Positions 1-12,592 of a DNA stretch of 64,000 nt are shown here, in pieces. The position numbers were made by a program, and so were the translations under genes. The stretch spans positions 166,544,361-166,608,360 of the forward strand of contig NC_068981.1 of NCBI RefSeq assembly GCF_001194135.2, written 5' to 3'. Origin of the DNA: Octopus bimaculoides (Eukaryota). The number at the start of each line of letters is the position of its first letter. Position 1 is the stretch's first letter. Below the pieces are notes generated by a model. It saw only the letters and a program-made list of their open reading frames with translations. It did not search any database and was not told where the DNA came from.

Positions 1-110
1 GACCATGCACACCATGGGATCCATGGGAATGCTGCCCAACATGTCCAATAAAGTCACTGACCACAATAACAAAGTCTCTGTCATTTGTCATTGAGGTAGT
101 CTGCAAGAGG
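1..110 (-). mobile_element. RTE-clade LINE endonuclease fragment, truncated by the window edge
   Basis: Minus strand reads TNDRDFVIVVSDFIGHVGQHSHGSHGVHG, matching the APE-endonuclease GDFNGHVG...GVHG motif of RTE LINEs. Confidence 0.6.
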
Positions 111-1369
111 AGGAGGAGGCAACAACGTGACACTTAATGACGTACAATTCACTTGATATGGCACATAATCAATATAGTGATATTTTTGTTATTTACCTCG
201 TCTGAATTTTTGGATGTGAATTAATTGAAAACCTTTTCTGCTAAGACTAAATGAATTTAGTTATATTGCAGTGAGAGTGGCGTTCAGCTTGGATTTTAAT
301 TTTTAGTTTCTTTCTATAATTACATAAATTATGTTAGAAACTAATTATCGAGTTACTTCCCTTCTTCAAAATATATATTGATCTGCAGTTTTATTGTCGT
401 CGTCAGCATCTTTGTTTTAACATCCATTTTTCCATGCTTGCATGAGTCAGATGGAATTTGTTGAGCTTCAAAATCATTCAAACAGAGTATAAACTGTACA
501 ACAGCCAGTTACGTTATGTGACTGACTGTTTAGCGTCTTCGTCCCATAATAACAAAGATTTGTCCATATTTAGCAAGCCTTCATTGTAGAACAGTCTGCT
601 CCAGCTAACAAAAACTACGTGTACTCTTTTGGGACAACAATTATTGATTTTCATTGATTTTTTTCCTCCTTGTCGTTACTTAATTTTATGCAAATATAAT
701 GTAATATCTTGTATTTATATTTGAAGTGATATGATACGAAAATGGCATAGAGAGAACTAAGAAGTGACTGTTGATGCATAGGAATTATAGAAACATAACA
801 AAAATAAACTCTAAATTTTTAATGGTTAGTGGTAAGCTTTTGAATTAACTCCAAATGCCTGCCACGAACCATATGAAGGTTGTAGAGTATCAAATTCTTT
901 ACTGGATGTCAATACTATTCACCTGTAGTAAGAGAGAATAGCTTTAGGTTGATGGCTAGAAACAGGTAATCCATCTCTCTATAAATGTGACACTGACCAA
1001 AATCCATCCTGCTTTTTTTTTGATTGATTCTTATTTTACTTAGGCAGTTGATTTGTTTTGGTTCTGATGAAGATATGATTGTGAAGGTCGTTGCCTATAT
1101 TTTCAGTCAATCAATCAATTAATTGATAAAACTGAGCCATAAACACACCCAAATGCATATCTGAAACAGCTGTAAGCCTATAATAAATAAATAGATGTAT
1201 ATAACTCATTATTTCCATCTATTTTATATATGTATGTATGTATGCATGTATGTCATCATCCTAATTTACTTCCTGTCTCCCATGTAGGCATGGGTAAGAC
1301 CTATAATGGAATTGAAGGCTTGTGATACCTGTGGAGTATCTCCTTCTCTCATTACAATTATTTCTGTAG

Positions 1370-3121
1370 TCTTAAGGATCTGGAACACAAAGAAGAAGCT
1401 TACAAGCAAAGTGCAATTCAATAGTCGCTTATGGATGAAGCATGTACACAAATACAAAATCTTCCATTTTCTGCAAAAGATTTTGAGCTTGTTGTCTAGT
1501 ATCGCCCTTTCGAGTGTCATCATCAGGGATGTGACTGAGTGCTTCAAAAATGTGAGCATAACTTTCACTGATGGCTGTCATAACTCTGGCATGAGCCTCC
1601 TATTTTGTGCCAGATAACTGTTGCAGGGCTTTCGACTCTGGTGGCAAGAAGTTTTTCAGCACTGCTCACGGTCTTCTAGAGGCTGAGAAAAAGCAATAAA
1701 GTTCATTGACAATGCCAAAGAAATTCACTGCATCCAACCGAGAGTCAACTGCAGTTCTTCCAACCAGATTTAGGAAATGTCCAGCATAGGGAATAAATTT
1801 TTCAAACTTATTCTTTTCCAGAATTTTCAGTTGAACATCATTATACCTTCCAGCTGCATTGTCATATGATTGACCCCTGCAATTACTGAAAATAATTTCA
1901 AGTTCTTCAAAGAAGTTCAGCATCAATTCATCCATTCCTTCACCTGTGTGATTCTTCAGTTCAATAAATGTCAAAAGTTGTTCAACCGATATTTCATCAA
2001 AGGGAGAAACATATCTAACAAATACAGTGAGTTGATCAACACTGGAAACGTCAGGTGTTGAATCAACCAATACACTAAAATATCCTGCTTCTTTGATTTC
2101 TTTCACTATTTCTTCAAGAACGTTTTTAGCCACGGGCTGGATAACTTTTTCATATATGATTTTGGATAGGTATGATGGATGGCCAGTTCCTTTATTTCCA
2201 TACTGATTTATGTGAGTACATAAAAAGAGCTCAAATTTGACAATTAATTCCAGCAAACTGAGAAAGTTTCCATTGTTTGGTTTCATCATCTCTTCTAAAA
2301 GCCAATTCACGTTCTGCCAACAGACAAATCACTGCCATCACCCATTGAAGTACATGCCTCCAATATTCTTGGTCTGCTTTGATTTGCTCATCAAGTTTTG
2401 TTGTAAGCATTTGACCACATTTTCTTGTTAAGTAGATCAACATAGAGTCCATATGACTTTTTGAATTTTCATGGGTCTTAATAATTTCAGAATGAGACCA
2501 GTTATCAAATCCTGAAGAAGTTAGAGCTGTAGCTGAAGAAACATTCTCAGAGAATTTTGAGAAAAGTTTGCACACAAAACGGTAGACTTTTCCTTTTGTT
2601 GGAGAATATACTAGGCTAGGTTTCTCCATTTATTTTAGTGGAGAAGAATAAAGTTCTTGAGCAAGAACAAGTTGGTTTTTGTAGATTCACTTCGAAGTTG
2701 TGAAAGGTCCATCCCAGTGTTGACATTCCAAAGGGCCTTTCTTAATCCAGTATGAAATTTCTTCATTGCTTAATGTGGTCCATAAACCTACATCATTCTT
2801 GACAATGAAATCAGTTCTTGGAGTTGTTGACAAATGTTCTTGAGTGCCACTGATAGTTGAAGTTACTGACGAAGGTTCTTGAGTGTCACTAGTAGTTGGA
2901 GTTACTAAAAACTATTCCTGGGTACCACTGGTACTAAGTGTTACTGACAAATGTTCCTGGGTGTCAAGTAATGCATCTGAATCTTCTGTATCTGTTGTTG
3001 AACTTGTTTGTTCTGGGTAGGCAAAGCCGAATGATCTGATTGACTTTAAGTGTTTGATTATATCATTTTGTTCTTTTTGATGTTTTCTTTTACTTGCACC
3101 ACTTTTATAACATCTACTCAC
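1370..3121 (-). mobile_element. Decayed hAT (Tip100/ZMYM1-like) transposase: N-terminus, TTF-type zinc finger, DUF4371 and part of the catalytic region
   Basis: ORFs 2912-3121 (MSRCYKSGASKRK), 2231-2629 (SLVYSPTKGKVYRFVCKLF...GFDNW...HENSKSH) and 1666-2310 (YFSVLVDSTPDVSSVDQL, CRGQSYDNAA, AGHFLNLVG). Continues past a stop as ALQQLSGTK*EAHAR, a degenerate LSxTRW motif. Several stops and frameshifts. Confidence 0.9.
2837..2953 (-). repeat. 39-bp minisatellite (3 full copies plus partial flanks) inside the transposase N-terminus
   Basis: Units start at 2837, 2876 and 2915 (ttcttgagtgccactgatagttgaagttactgacgaagg and variants); they encode 13-aa repeats like xxSVTxTxSGTQE. Confidence 0.85.
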
Positions 3122-4469
3122 TGTTACGATAAAGAGCTGGAGCTGAATATCAGTTGTTTGGATTTGATTCTAGAAACTTAATAATACAAATTTAAAATCA
3201 ATATGAAATAAATTAACAAAAGAAATTAGCAATATAATATAAAAAATTAAAATAGAAAGTTGGATAAAAACTTGCAACAAACTAGATCAAACTTACAAAA
3301 AATACTAAACATAAAACAAATGACACACACAAACGCTCCTATCCTGTACTTAAAAACACCTAAGCACAATGGTAAATCCAGCACTGGGTAGGACAGTCTG
3401 ACCAGATCCAATGAGCCAGAGAACTGTGTTGAACTTCAACGTCTACTTTGGCATGGTTTCTTGGAAGGGCACCTAGCCCTTCCTAACATCAACCATTTAC
3501 AGATTATAGTGGGTGCTTTTCTCATGCCAGTGTCACAAGTAAAGTTTACCAAATAATTAACAAAACAAAGACAAAAAAGAAACCCCTTGGAAGGTGGTGG
3601 TGGCTTTATGTCATGTGTTGAGAGGCTAAAGTATAATAGTGGGATAGGCACAGGTGTCTTGCTGTAGAAGAGATATATATCTACTTTGCATTATATAAGA
3701 ATGGGTGGGAGCAGCTGGAAAGGAGACAGAGATGTTGGTGATGAGATGTTGGAACATACTGTCAAGGTACAAGAAGATGAGTATAAGAGAAAATATGAAC
3801 CAAAGAAAGAGAGATGTGAGTGGATAAGTTTATAGAAGTATGAGAGGAGAGGAATAGGTGGGTATGGAAGGAGGTAGAGGTTAATATGGTACAATGATGT
3901 ACAATGATGGAGGTGTGGTTGATGGTAAATATCACAAAGGGGTAGAATGTAAAAGAAATAGCTTAGGAAAGAGGAAGTAATAAGTGATAATACAGAAAGT
4001 GGGTAAACAACAGCGGTATAATAAACCCATAGATAGATCAGAAAATAGGGAAAGCTTGTAAAGGGCATCAGAGATGAGGCATCGTGGCTCCTAGATGTAG
4101 CTCAGAGGAGAGGGAGAACTACCTGGAGACAAAGAAAGTGGTGTACAGCAAAGAATAAAGAGGGAAGGGATGAAAATGGGAGTGAGGAATGGATGTTAAA
4201 GGAAGTGCTTCCAGGGAGAGGATAAGATAACTAGTAGCACAAAGGGGAAGAAATATGTGCAGGTTCTGCTGTTATGTGATGACAGCATCTGAATATTGTC
4301 ATTATTACGAGGACTGAATGGAAGGAGGTTGTTAGAAAGGTAAGAGGTGAGTAAAGCTTGATGTATATAGGTTGAGTGCAGGGACAGTCCAGGGACGTAA
4401 TGCTTTTATGACCTCACTTTTTCTGTGAGGGTCAGGTGTTATCAAGCACAGTGAAAAGCCAGTTACTTC

Positions 4470-5045
4470 AATTACCTCATTAGGTTCATTGCTGTTCATA
4501 CATAAGCATTGTACAATCTGCTTTTCACACTGATAGAGAGACTTTTGTCACCAACAGAATAATATCTTGAATTCTTTCTATTCTATTCTTATTCTAACAA
4601 CTGCACTTTCAGAACATCCTCCTCCACTGCTAATTAGGTCTTCTACATAACAGAAATGACCTACTTCTTGGGAACCTCCTGGGTGTTTGAGAGTCTATTT
4701 TATGCACTTGGTATTTTATTGCTCTGGTAAAACTTCCACTAACAAAGTCTGCTGTCTCTGTTAACCTTCCTGTGATTCCACTGCTCCTCGTGTGTAATTG
4801 CAGCTTACACTGGGCACACTATATGGAATTTCTACCCAAACCTTTCTTATATATTGAGCAAGATCATTTTTCTGAAGGGACGAAAGTCCTGTCTGTTTCC
4901 CTTCTTTACTTCAGTAAACTCCTGAGCAATATGTTACATCATAGCCACAGTAATACCAATCAATGGATGACAAGAGTTGCCTCAAAGCAACAGTTGCTTC
5001 AGACTTTCAAACATATTATACCTGATCCTTTGTGGAAATTATTCT
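4470..5045 (-). mobile_element. Degenerate RTE LINE reverse-transcriptase C-terminal fragment
   Basis: Minus strand gives remnants of the Cys-rich insert (KGLGRNSI.CAQCKL...RSSGITGRLTE) and of the SSGGGCSES motif seen more intact at 62.1-62.7 kb. Confidence 0.7.
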
Positions 5046-5679
5046 GACATTTCTCATTAATAGCATTTGGTAAACTAGGTATTTATTTTTAAATGGTTAA
5101 AATACATAATTATGATCCTTTTCTCTAGTATAATTACTGAGTGCAAGTTGTAAGTCAAATTGTTAAATGAAGCCTTTTATGTTTTAGTGTACCACATAAA
5201 CACTGAAATGTAGTAATTGGTTGTATTAATGTATTAATGATAGCTGGGTGTGACATATTTCAAACAAAGGAGATATAGGAAATATCAAACGTTTTGCTAG
5301 TTCTGTTACATAAAAAACAAAGTACTGTGCTCCAATTTCTGGTGTGATTGTAATCTATCTGAGCTAGTAAATCTTACACTGCAATACTTAAGAAATTAAC
5401 TCTCAACAAGGTGGTGACAAAAACATGAAAACACTTTTTCTGTGCAAAGAGCACAGCTACCTAGTGGACTCATGCAATTGAACAGGTATTTTTAAAACCA
5501 GGCAAAATAAGGATTTCCGTAAAGAAATTGTATTCAATAATACATTGACAAGAGAGAAGCATCAATGCTGGATGCTCTCTACAGGAAGAAATCATTCAGA
5601 AACAATGTTTGAGTGCATTGATCATTTTCATCATACACTTCACATCAGAACAAGAGTTTTAAAGAAGTAGTTGTCATGT

Positions 5680-5906
5680 TTAACTCTTTTGTTACCTTAT
5701 TTTTATTGAAATGCACAGTCTTTGTTTCAGATAGTTTTGAAAATAATGAACGTATTAAAATAACTTTGTCATTGTTAAGCTGGTGTTTAGAACATAAATT
5801 AGCATGAAATTCCAATGGAAGATTTGAATTAGGATTAATTTAAAACAGGGAGCTTGTAACCTCAAATCAGGGTCAGTTTCAAGTAGATTTGTATCAAAAT
5901 GGTTAA
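5680..5906. mobile_element. piggyBac-type MITE with TTAA ends, old copy
   Basis: ttaactcttttgttacc ... gtatcaaaatggttaa; same family as 63320-63548. Confidence 0.6.
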
Positions 5907-6029
5907 TGCTATTCAAATAAAGAGTTGCATATTTGTCATTGAAGAAGAGTTAAAGTTATTTATTCAAAAAATAACTACTTTTTATGATGAGCTATATAAT
6001 AGTGATCTTTTCATTGAAATACCAATGCT

Positions 6030-6350
6030 GGGAAGGTTGCTGAAAGCAGCAGTTATTGATCTGGAAGAAACCAAGTAATGGGTAACATTAAATGCTTTGT
6101 CATTTGTAGTTGAATGGGCTTTGTAGAATGTCTCTCAGCCATTTCTCTAAGCTTACAATTATTTCTGGCCATCTCTGCATCTGCAGATTTATGTGAGAGA
6201 AGCTTTACAAAACTGAGACTTATAAAGAGATGTTTGCAATCTTCCCAATCTTTTGATACTATCAATTGAAAGTGAGTTGGATATTGGTATTGATGTTTTT
6301 AAAGTGAGTAACAAGAATACAACTATGAAGGCTTGGAAAGGCAAGTTCTG
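6030..6350 (+). mobile_element. hAT transposase C-terminal dimerisation domain fragment
   Basis: Plus strand reads AISLSLQLFLAISASADLCERSFTKLRLIKRCLQSS, then NLLILSIESELD after a frameshift; matches the hAT CERSFSKLKLIK motif. Confidence 0.8.
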
Positions 6351-6929
6351 AATAAGTTGAGATGTTCTCAGTTCTGAACCACACATATATCTGCTCCTGA
6401 TTATTTTTATGAATATATTTCCATATGCATTTGTCTACAAGTCCCACATTGCTTGGGCTGTCATTGATTATGCAGACCTAATCCATTAATGTATATCGTT
6501 TATCAATAAACTTTAATGTTAAAACTATATCTATTCAGTTGGGATATCTTCACATTTATCAAACAGGGTATACTGCAAAACATGTTTTTGTTTTGTTGAT
6601 TTATGTATCAATAAATATGCAAACATAAAACCAAAAAGGCATAGGTGTGGCTTCCCAACCATATGGTTTCAGGTTCAGTCCCACTGCATGGTATCTTTGG
6701 CAAGTATCTTCTACAGTATACTCCATAAGTGTCTTCCACTTGTGAATGGATTTAATTAGTTGTTCATAAGTCCAAAAAAAGCACACTCTAAAAAGTATTT
6801 TTGAACAGAGCAGAGGTGGTGTTTGTCAGTAACAACAGTGATTGCAATGGCAACAACAGCAGCAGCACTGACATTGATTCCAGTAGCAGCAGCAGTGATA
6901 GTGGCAGCAACAACAGCAACAGCACCAAT

Positions 6930-7560
6930 AAGGACATGTACATGGAAATATGTTGGAGCAACTAAATAACCACACTGCAACTAAATAAACCACAAGTCCA
7001 CTTTTAGAATCCCAGAAAGGTGCAACATTACATTTTTGGCCAGCTACATGTGATGTTTAAAAGAAAAGGGGACATCACACAGGATTAAATGGTGGTTCCT
7101 GGAACAGCCTAGACCATACCTCAATGGGAGCAGACGATGCAAACTTTGCTTGGCTGAGGGAGAGCAAGGATCCTAATAAATTTGCTGGACCCAGAGGCCT
7201 TCTTAAATTCTAACAGCAAATTGTTTATTCAGTGTCCTCATGAGAGAAAATTCATGTTGACTTGGAATTCTCTGCTTGCTGACAAGTGAAAAAAATTGGA
7301 CATAAACTGACACTTTTTGGACACAGCTAGAACCAGGCGAAGGGAGATAACTATATCATCTGGAAGGGGTCTTTTGTTGGAAGAATTTCATTTTAGAGGT
7401 TTTTTTCTCAATCTTGCTGACCAAGATTGTATTCTTATTTCTATAAGTAGAGAGGTTATGTGCCTTTGGTCAACATGTCTAATGAGTTGCCTATATTGCT
7501 AAGAGCAATAATAGTCATGAAACCAATGGTAACTTTGTGACTGGCCATAACCAACAACTT
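6930..7560 (+). mobile_element. Penelope-like element 3' fragment (GIY-YIG endonuclease C-terminus plus 3' repeat)
   Basis: Reads LKEKGTSHRIKWWFLEQPRPYLNGSRRCKLCLAE ... FLNSNSKLFIQCPHERKFML, typical of the PLE endonuclease CxLCLxE...LN...CxH tail; a decayed ctaatgag...gaaac motif follows at 7479-7523. Confidence 0.7.
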
Positions 7561-7609
7561 TAAATATATATATATATAGATAGATAGATGTGTGTGTGTG
7601 TGTGTGTGT

Positions 7610-7860
7610 TTGCCCTTTCCAATACCAATCGCCTTACAGAGTGGATTGAGTTCTTTTTATGTGGCACCAGCAAGGTCTGTTTTGATGTGGTTTTTATGGC
7701 TGGATGCCCTTCTGAACACCAACCCCCTTACAGAGTGGCCTGGGTGCTTTTTATGTGGCACTAGTACTGGCAAGGTTTGCTTTGACACAGTTTTTACAGC
7801 TAGATGCCCTTCTAAATGTCAACTACTTTACAGTGTAGACTGGATGCTTTTTATGTGAGT
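7610..7860 (-). mobile_element. RTE 3'-tail fragments (degenerate)
   Basis: ctggatgcccttctgaacaccaacc...gggtgcttttatgtggcac motifs, reverse complement of the RTE tail at 25750-25920. Confidence 0.6.
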
Positions 7861-8100
7861 AGAGTTGGAGATTAATTAATTAATTAATTTGATCTCCAGA
7901 TGCACATTCTTTAGAATGTGAAAAAATAGTAATTTCAATTGTATTTATTTAAAAAGTGATATAAAATGCAAACCCATTCTATTAATATAGCTCAACCGCC
8001 CAACACATGCAAGCATGAAACACAGATAATTAATGGTTAAAATCAACATAATTTTAATGCAGTTCCAAAATGATTTTACTTGGAAATCATTTTTGTTTTT

Positions 8101-8153
<53 letters not shown>

Positions 8154-9160
8154 GAATTTTGACTTTACGCCTATGAAGAGACTATATAACGGAAATTTCA
8201 TTGTAATTTTCCCTTAACTGGTTGCTTGTGTCATGGCATTCAGTGATATCTGGCTGAGAATTACATAAATGAAGGATTAACTAACAATGAGTTTTTACAC
8301 TGGGTAACACTAACCTTTGAAATGCCACAATGAATGGAAATAAAGTCAAAGAAAAAGTAACAATTCTGGATAATGAAAAGAAACCACAGGAAAAACGTCA
8401 CATTCTATTTATATATCACAAATAAAGATTAAAATAATTAAATGATTGTTATTTATCAACTGATAACATTTCATTTATTAATATATGTTATTTTTATTCA
8501 CTGATAATATATGACTTGTACACAATGACAATACTATAAAATGATGATATGAATGAAGGAAACAATCATGTTTTATTCTATCAATTTAATTGGCAGTGTG
8601 TCTAACCTCTCTCTCTCTACCCTCTCTCTCTCTCCTCTCTCTTTCTGTTTGTGCATACTTCCAAAGGGAGATGACTTTGATCTTATTGTATAGAAACTAG
8701 TGCTATCTGTCATACGACAGATAATGTTAGAAATAAAACTTTTGTCACGCTTGGTAACATAAGAGTTAATGATTATTTTAACTGGAAACTATAAATGATA
8801 GTTAAACAGTATCATCATTATTAATAACATACATTTATTTTTCTTATACAAAAATAAATTTGTTTGGGCCTTATTTTTATTTGATATTTTATATCTTGAA
8901 AAATTGGCATTCATTTCATTAATTCACCACGAAATTTAAGGAAAGTAAATTTATAATTATTGTCCCTTGTAACATTACCTCATATTAGCCACAGTTGCAA
9001 AAATATATTCCCATCATGACTGTCATATGACATTTAACTCTTGTATCAAAAATAAAACAATAAAACAAACAAAAAGGCATTAAATCAGTCATTTATTTAA
9101 GTTTTCTTGTGACTCTATGCAGTGACTTTTTTCTTTGACTTCTTTTGTTGTATTTGCTAG

Positions 9161-9277
9161 GGGTTATATTCCACAGAACAAGATGCAATTAAGAAGTTTA
9201 TTGCCAAAAAGCAGCAGCTTAACATCTATAACTGTGAAATAGGAAAACATATCCAAAGAATGATTGAAGTTCGGTGA
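9161..9277 (+). CDS. Possible orphan exon of an unidentified upstream gene (GLYSTEQDAIKKFIAKKQQLNIYNCEIGKHIQRMIEVR*)
   Basis: Strong polypyrimidine tract and AG at 9159-9160, open frame of 38 codons, ending in TGA or at a weak GT donor at 9274. No homology recognised and no partner exon found. Confidence 0.3.
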   Translation, partial: GLYSTEQDAIKKFIAKKQQLNIYNCEIGKHIQRMIEVR

Positions 9278-10599
9278 AGAATAGGTCTAATTTTGGATGA
9301 GGTGAAATAGCTGATTAATGCTACATTCTAGGAAAATAATCATAGACTAGCTTATAGGTATAAGTTAAAATTCTTTCAAAAGGAAAGAATAGATAAATGT
9401 AGCTTGGGATAAATCATCTGATACGAGGGGTTGAAGGGAGGATATTTCACAATAATCCTTGTAGTTTGCTTTTGAAGTTGTTCAAGACAATCATCCTTAG
9501 ATGAATGTAATATAGCCCAAAAACCAGTAAGATATACTCAAAGGCAGGAGATTGTAATTTTTATATATCTTCGGAGAAGTACAACTTTGTTATGTAGGTA
9601 ATATGATAGCCTGTAGAGTAAACAGATGAGATAAAGCCATTTTGCATATGTCAAACTTAGCAGTAATATTTGAGGTCAAGAATAAGCTAAATCTAGGGGC
9701 TTGTGTCCATTTGCAAATGCAATTGTGTTAATCCCAAAAAGTTATTATTTGCCTTTCATCTTTCCTGGGTTGATAAAATAAATACCAGTCAAGTATTGGG
9801 GCCGGTGGGTAAGAGTGATGACAGTCTCAGGGAAATTGTAGGTGTCAGCATGGATGAACTAGCTGATCTATTTCAGAGGACTTTTGGGAGCTGGTGCTAC
9901 CATGAATAACTTCTAGAAGTATCTGGTCTGGCAGTGCTACTGAGGAGCACTGCCAGTTCAAGATAAACTTTGCTTATATATAAGTGCTGTCAGGTAGAAC
10001 TGTCCAACATGTATGCAGAGTGACAAAACCATTCTGCATCCACTTGTGCAGTGCCTGAGTATTGCTGACTTGTGGTGTTGTATCGCACTGCTGTTATCAC
10101 ATGTGGGATGTATCTGACCATTGGTCAAATCCATCATGAGCATTCTTCTGTCTAGTGGTTATGGCAAAACTGGTTGTGTGGTGGACAAGGCTGAAAGGAT
10201 TGAGGAAAGACACCTTCCTCTTTGATCATTGGCTTTTCTACTTAGAAAGGAAAATGAGGGTGGTGAGAGAAGTGCTTCCTCCCAGTGAATTTGTGAAAAG
10301 ATAGATGACCAAAGCAAAAATCGTTAGAGTGAATGGCCCTACCCTAAGTATGCACCTATAGATTGGAGAGCAGGAGAGGGCTCATATTTTTGGTGGTCAG
10401 AGCAATCCTGGATTTGTGGGGCTTTTTGATTGGTCCTAGTCGGAGTTTCTCTTGTATCAGGAGGATTGCATCATTCATATTATCACAAACTTTGTATAAT
10501 ACATATATTTTATCACATTTCGCTGTCTTTTCCATTTTCAAATTGTTGTCGTTCCTAGTGATGTCCCCTCATCAATGGCCCTGTAGCTAATAAAAAAAA

Positions 10600-11305
10600 A
10601 TTATTATTATTTATTATTATCATTATTATTTATTGTCTTTGCACAGCTTCTATCGCTGGAGATGTACTACAGTGCCAGCAGTTCACTACCCCTTATTTTT
10701 TCAAGACCATCCGGAGTATTCAAGTGGTTCCAAGCAGTGCTGTTTTCTGCAAGTGCTCCACCCTTATTGCAGCCCCTATTTGTTCCATGCACTTCTCAAG
10801 ATTTTTATTCACTGTTCCCAGGGCTTCAACAATTATTGGTACTACTACCACCTTTTCATCGACCACAACTGCTTAACCTCCCAAGCTAACCTGTTATATC
10901 TATTGACTTTTCTTTCTTCCTTATCGCATACCTTGTTGTCAGCTGGGCATGCTATATCTATGATCCAGCATCATTTCTTTCTCAATTCACACTATGTCTG
11001 GCTTCCTATTCTCTATCTCATGGTCGCACTGAATTATAAAATCCCATAGGATCTTTGCATTATCATTTTTGATGATGCCTTTGGGTTTATGTTCGTACCA
11101 CTTTTTTGTTCTGTTAAGTCCATACTTGTTGTAAAGTGTCCAATGGACAATCCTTACTATATTGTCATGACACCTCTTATATTCTTTCTGGGCTAGTGGT
11201 ATACATTGACTGGTAATATGCCATATGGTTTCACCATTTTGCCCATTCTGCACTTATCACTTTCTGATGTGTTGTCTATTCTGTATTTAATGTATTTGGA
11301 TCATT
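10600..11305 (-). mobile_element. 5'-truncated R4/Dong-clade non-LTR retrotransposon (zinc knuckle plus restriction-like endonuclease) ending in a TAA repeat
   Basis: ORF 10987-11253 (ETIWHITSQC..LAQKEYKRCHD...HW...WYEHKP...ILWDF...RKPDIV) continues as CWIIDIACPADNKVCDKEERKVNRY...PIIVEALG...LQKTALLG; irregular (TAA)n at the 3' end near 10600-10632. Confidence 0.88.
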
Positions 11306-11339
11306 GTCATTGTCGTTGTCATCATCATCATCATTATAA

Positions 11340-11760
11340 AAGCAGCAAGCTGGCAGAATCATTAGCACACCAGGCGAAATGCTTAGCGGCATTTTGTCTG
11401 TCTCTGCATTCTAAATTGTAATTCTGCCAAGTCAACTTTACCTTTCATCCTTTTGAGGTCGATAAAATAACTACCAGTTCAGTACTAGGGTCAATATAAT
11501 CGACTTACCCCTCCTCAAAATTGCTGGCTTCATGCCAAAATTTGAAATTATTATTATTATAAAAGTGGTGAACTGGCAGAATTGTTAGCACGCCAGGCAT
11601 TTCCTCCAGCTTTACATTATGAGTTCAAATTTCACTGAAGTCAACTTTGCCTCTCATCCTTTCAGGGTCGACAAATTAAGTACCAGTGAAACACTGGATG
11701 TTGATGTAATCAACTTGTCCCTACCTGCAAATTTCAGGTCCTGTGCCTTTAGCAGAAAGG

Positions 11761-11846
<86 letters not shown>

Positions 11847-11857
11847 CATTATTATTG
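11340..11857 (+). mobile_element. Two head-to-tail tRNA-derived SINEs (family 1), the second with a long (ATT)n tail
   Basis: Heads gcagcaagctggcagaatcattagc and gtggtgaactggcagaattgttagc, B-box-like gagttcaaatt, body gactttgcctttcatcc; (ATT)n at 11759-11856. Confidence 0.85.
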
Positions 11858-12359
11858 CAGTGGTGAGCAAGCAGAATCTTTAGCATACCAAGCAGGATGT
11901 GAACTCACATTGCCAAATTGCAGATTTCAAGCCATGACATATCAACAACTTGATCATGTGGACAGCTGAGTTATTGTCTAATCAGAAGCCAGATATCATG
12001 TGAAAGCTGATTCTGGAAGGCCCTGGAACTTTTCCCTCCAACAGTTATAAATAGAGTTGATTTTAGGCACCCAGAGGCTGAATGTCATTGATGCCTGAGC
12101 AAAATGTTGTCTCCACACTCTGTACAAAATACACACTATTAGTCATTCTAATGACTACATACTTAACTGATATGTGACTGTAGTAGAAGACAATGAAGCA
12201 GCACATATATTTATATTCCTCATGTTTAATTCAGCCACAGTGGTAAATTTCAATATCTAGTTACTTGCATGTTGCATTCTGTTTCTTTCAACCTTCTAAC
12301 TCAAAGTGTATATTTGTAATGCATAACTAACTTCACATGACTTGTGCGGCGATAATATA

Positions 12360-12592
12360 TCACATTGTCCTTCAATATTTAGACCAACCATTTCTGGCCC
12401 AAATATTCTGCCTGTTTTATATTCAAACCAATCAAATCCAGCCTCTCACACCCACCCTACAGTATCATTCTGAACATAAACAATAACATCATGGAAATCT
12501 CAAAGCTATGAGATAATGCATAATTAATTCAAAACAACGTGAATCAATAAGCATTACATTTGACAAAGTAATCTGAATGCTAAAGGGTTAAA
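12360..12592. mobile_element. piggyBac-type MITE, second TTAA family
   Basis: Ends gaatgctaaagggttaa; body (ggcccaaatattctgc...aagcattacatttgaca) shared with 52510-52739. Confidence 0.65.

Noticed and set aside
1060-1100. ctgatgaag...gtgaag hammerhead-like string
   Set aside because: No GAAA core and no paired stems
3691-4068. 125-aa hydrophobic ORF
   Set aside because: It is the reverse complement of purine-rich, repeat-like sequence with no splice or homology support
8103-8150. T48 run as a possible retrocopy poly(A) tail
   Set aside because: No polyadenylation signal, TSD or recognisable coding sequence adjacent
11619-11969. Poly-Tyr ORF (and poly-Ile ORF at 13113-13346, poly-Thr ORF at 14434-14628)
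   Set aside because: SINE bodies read through trinucleotide tails
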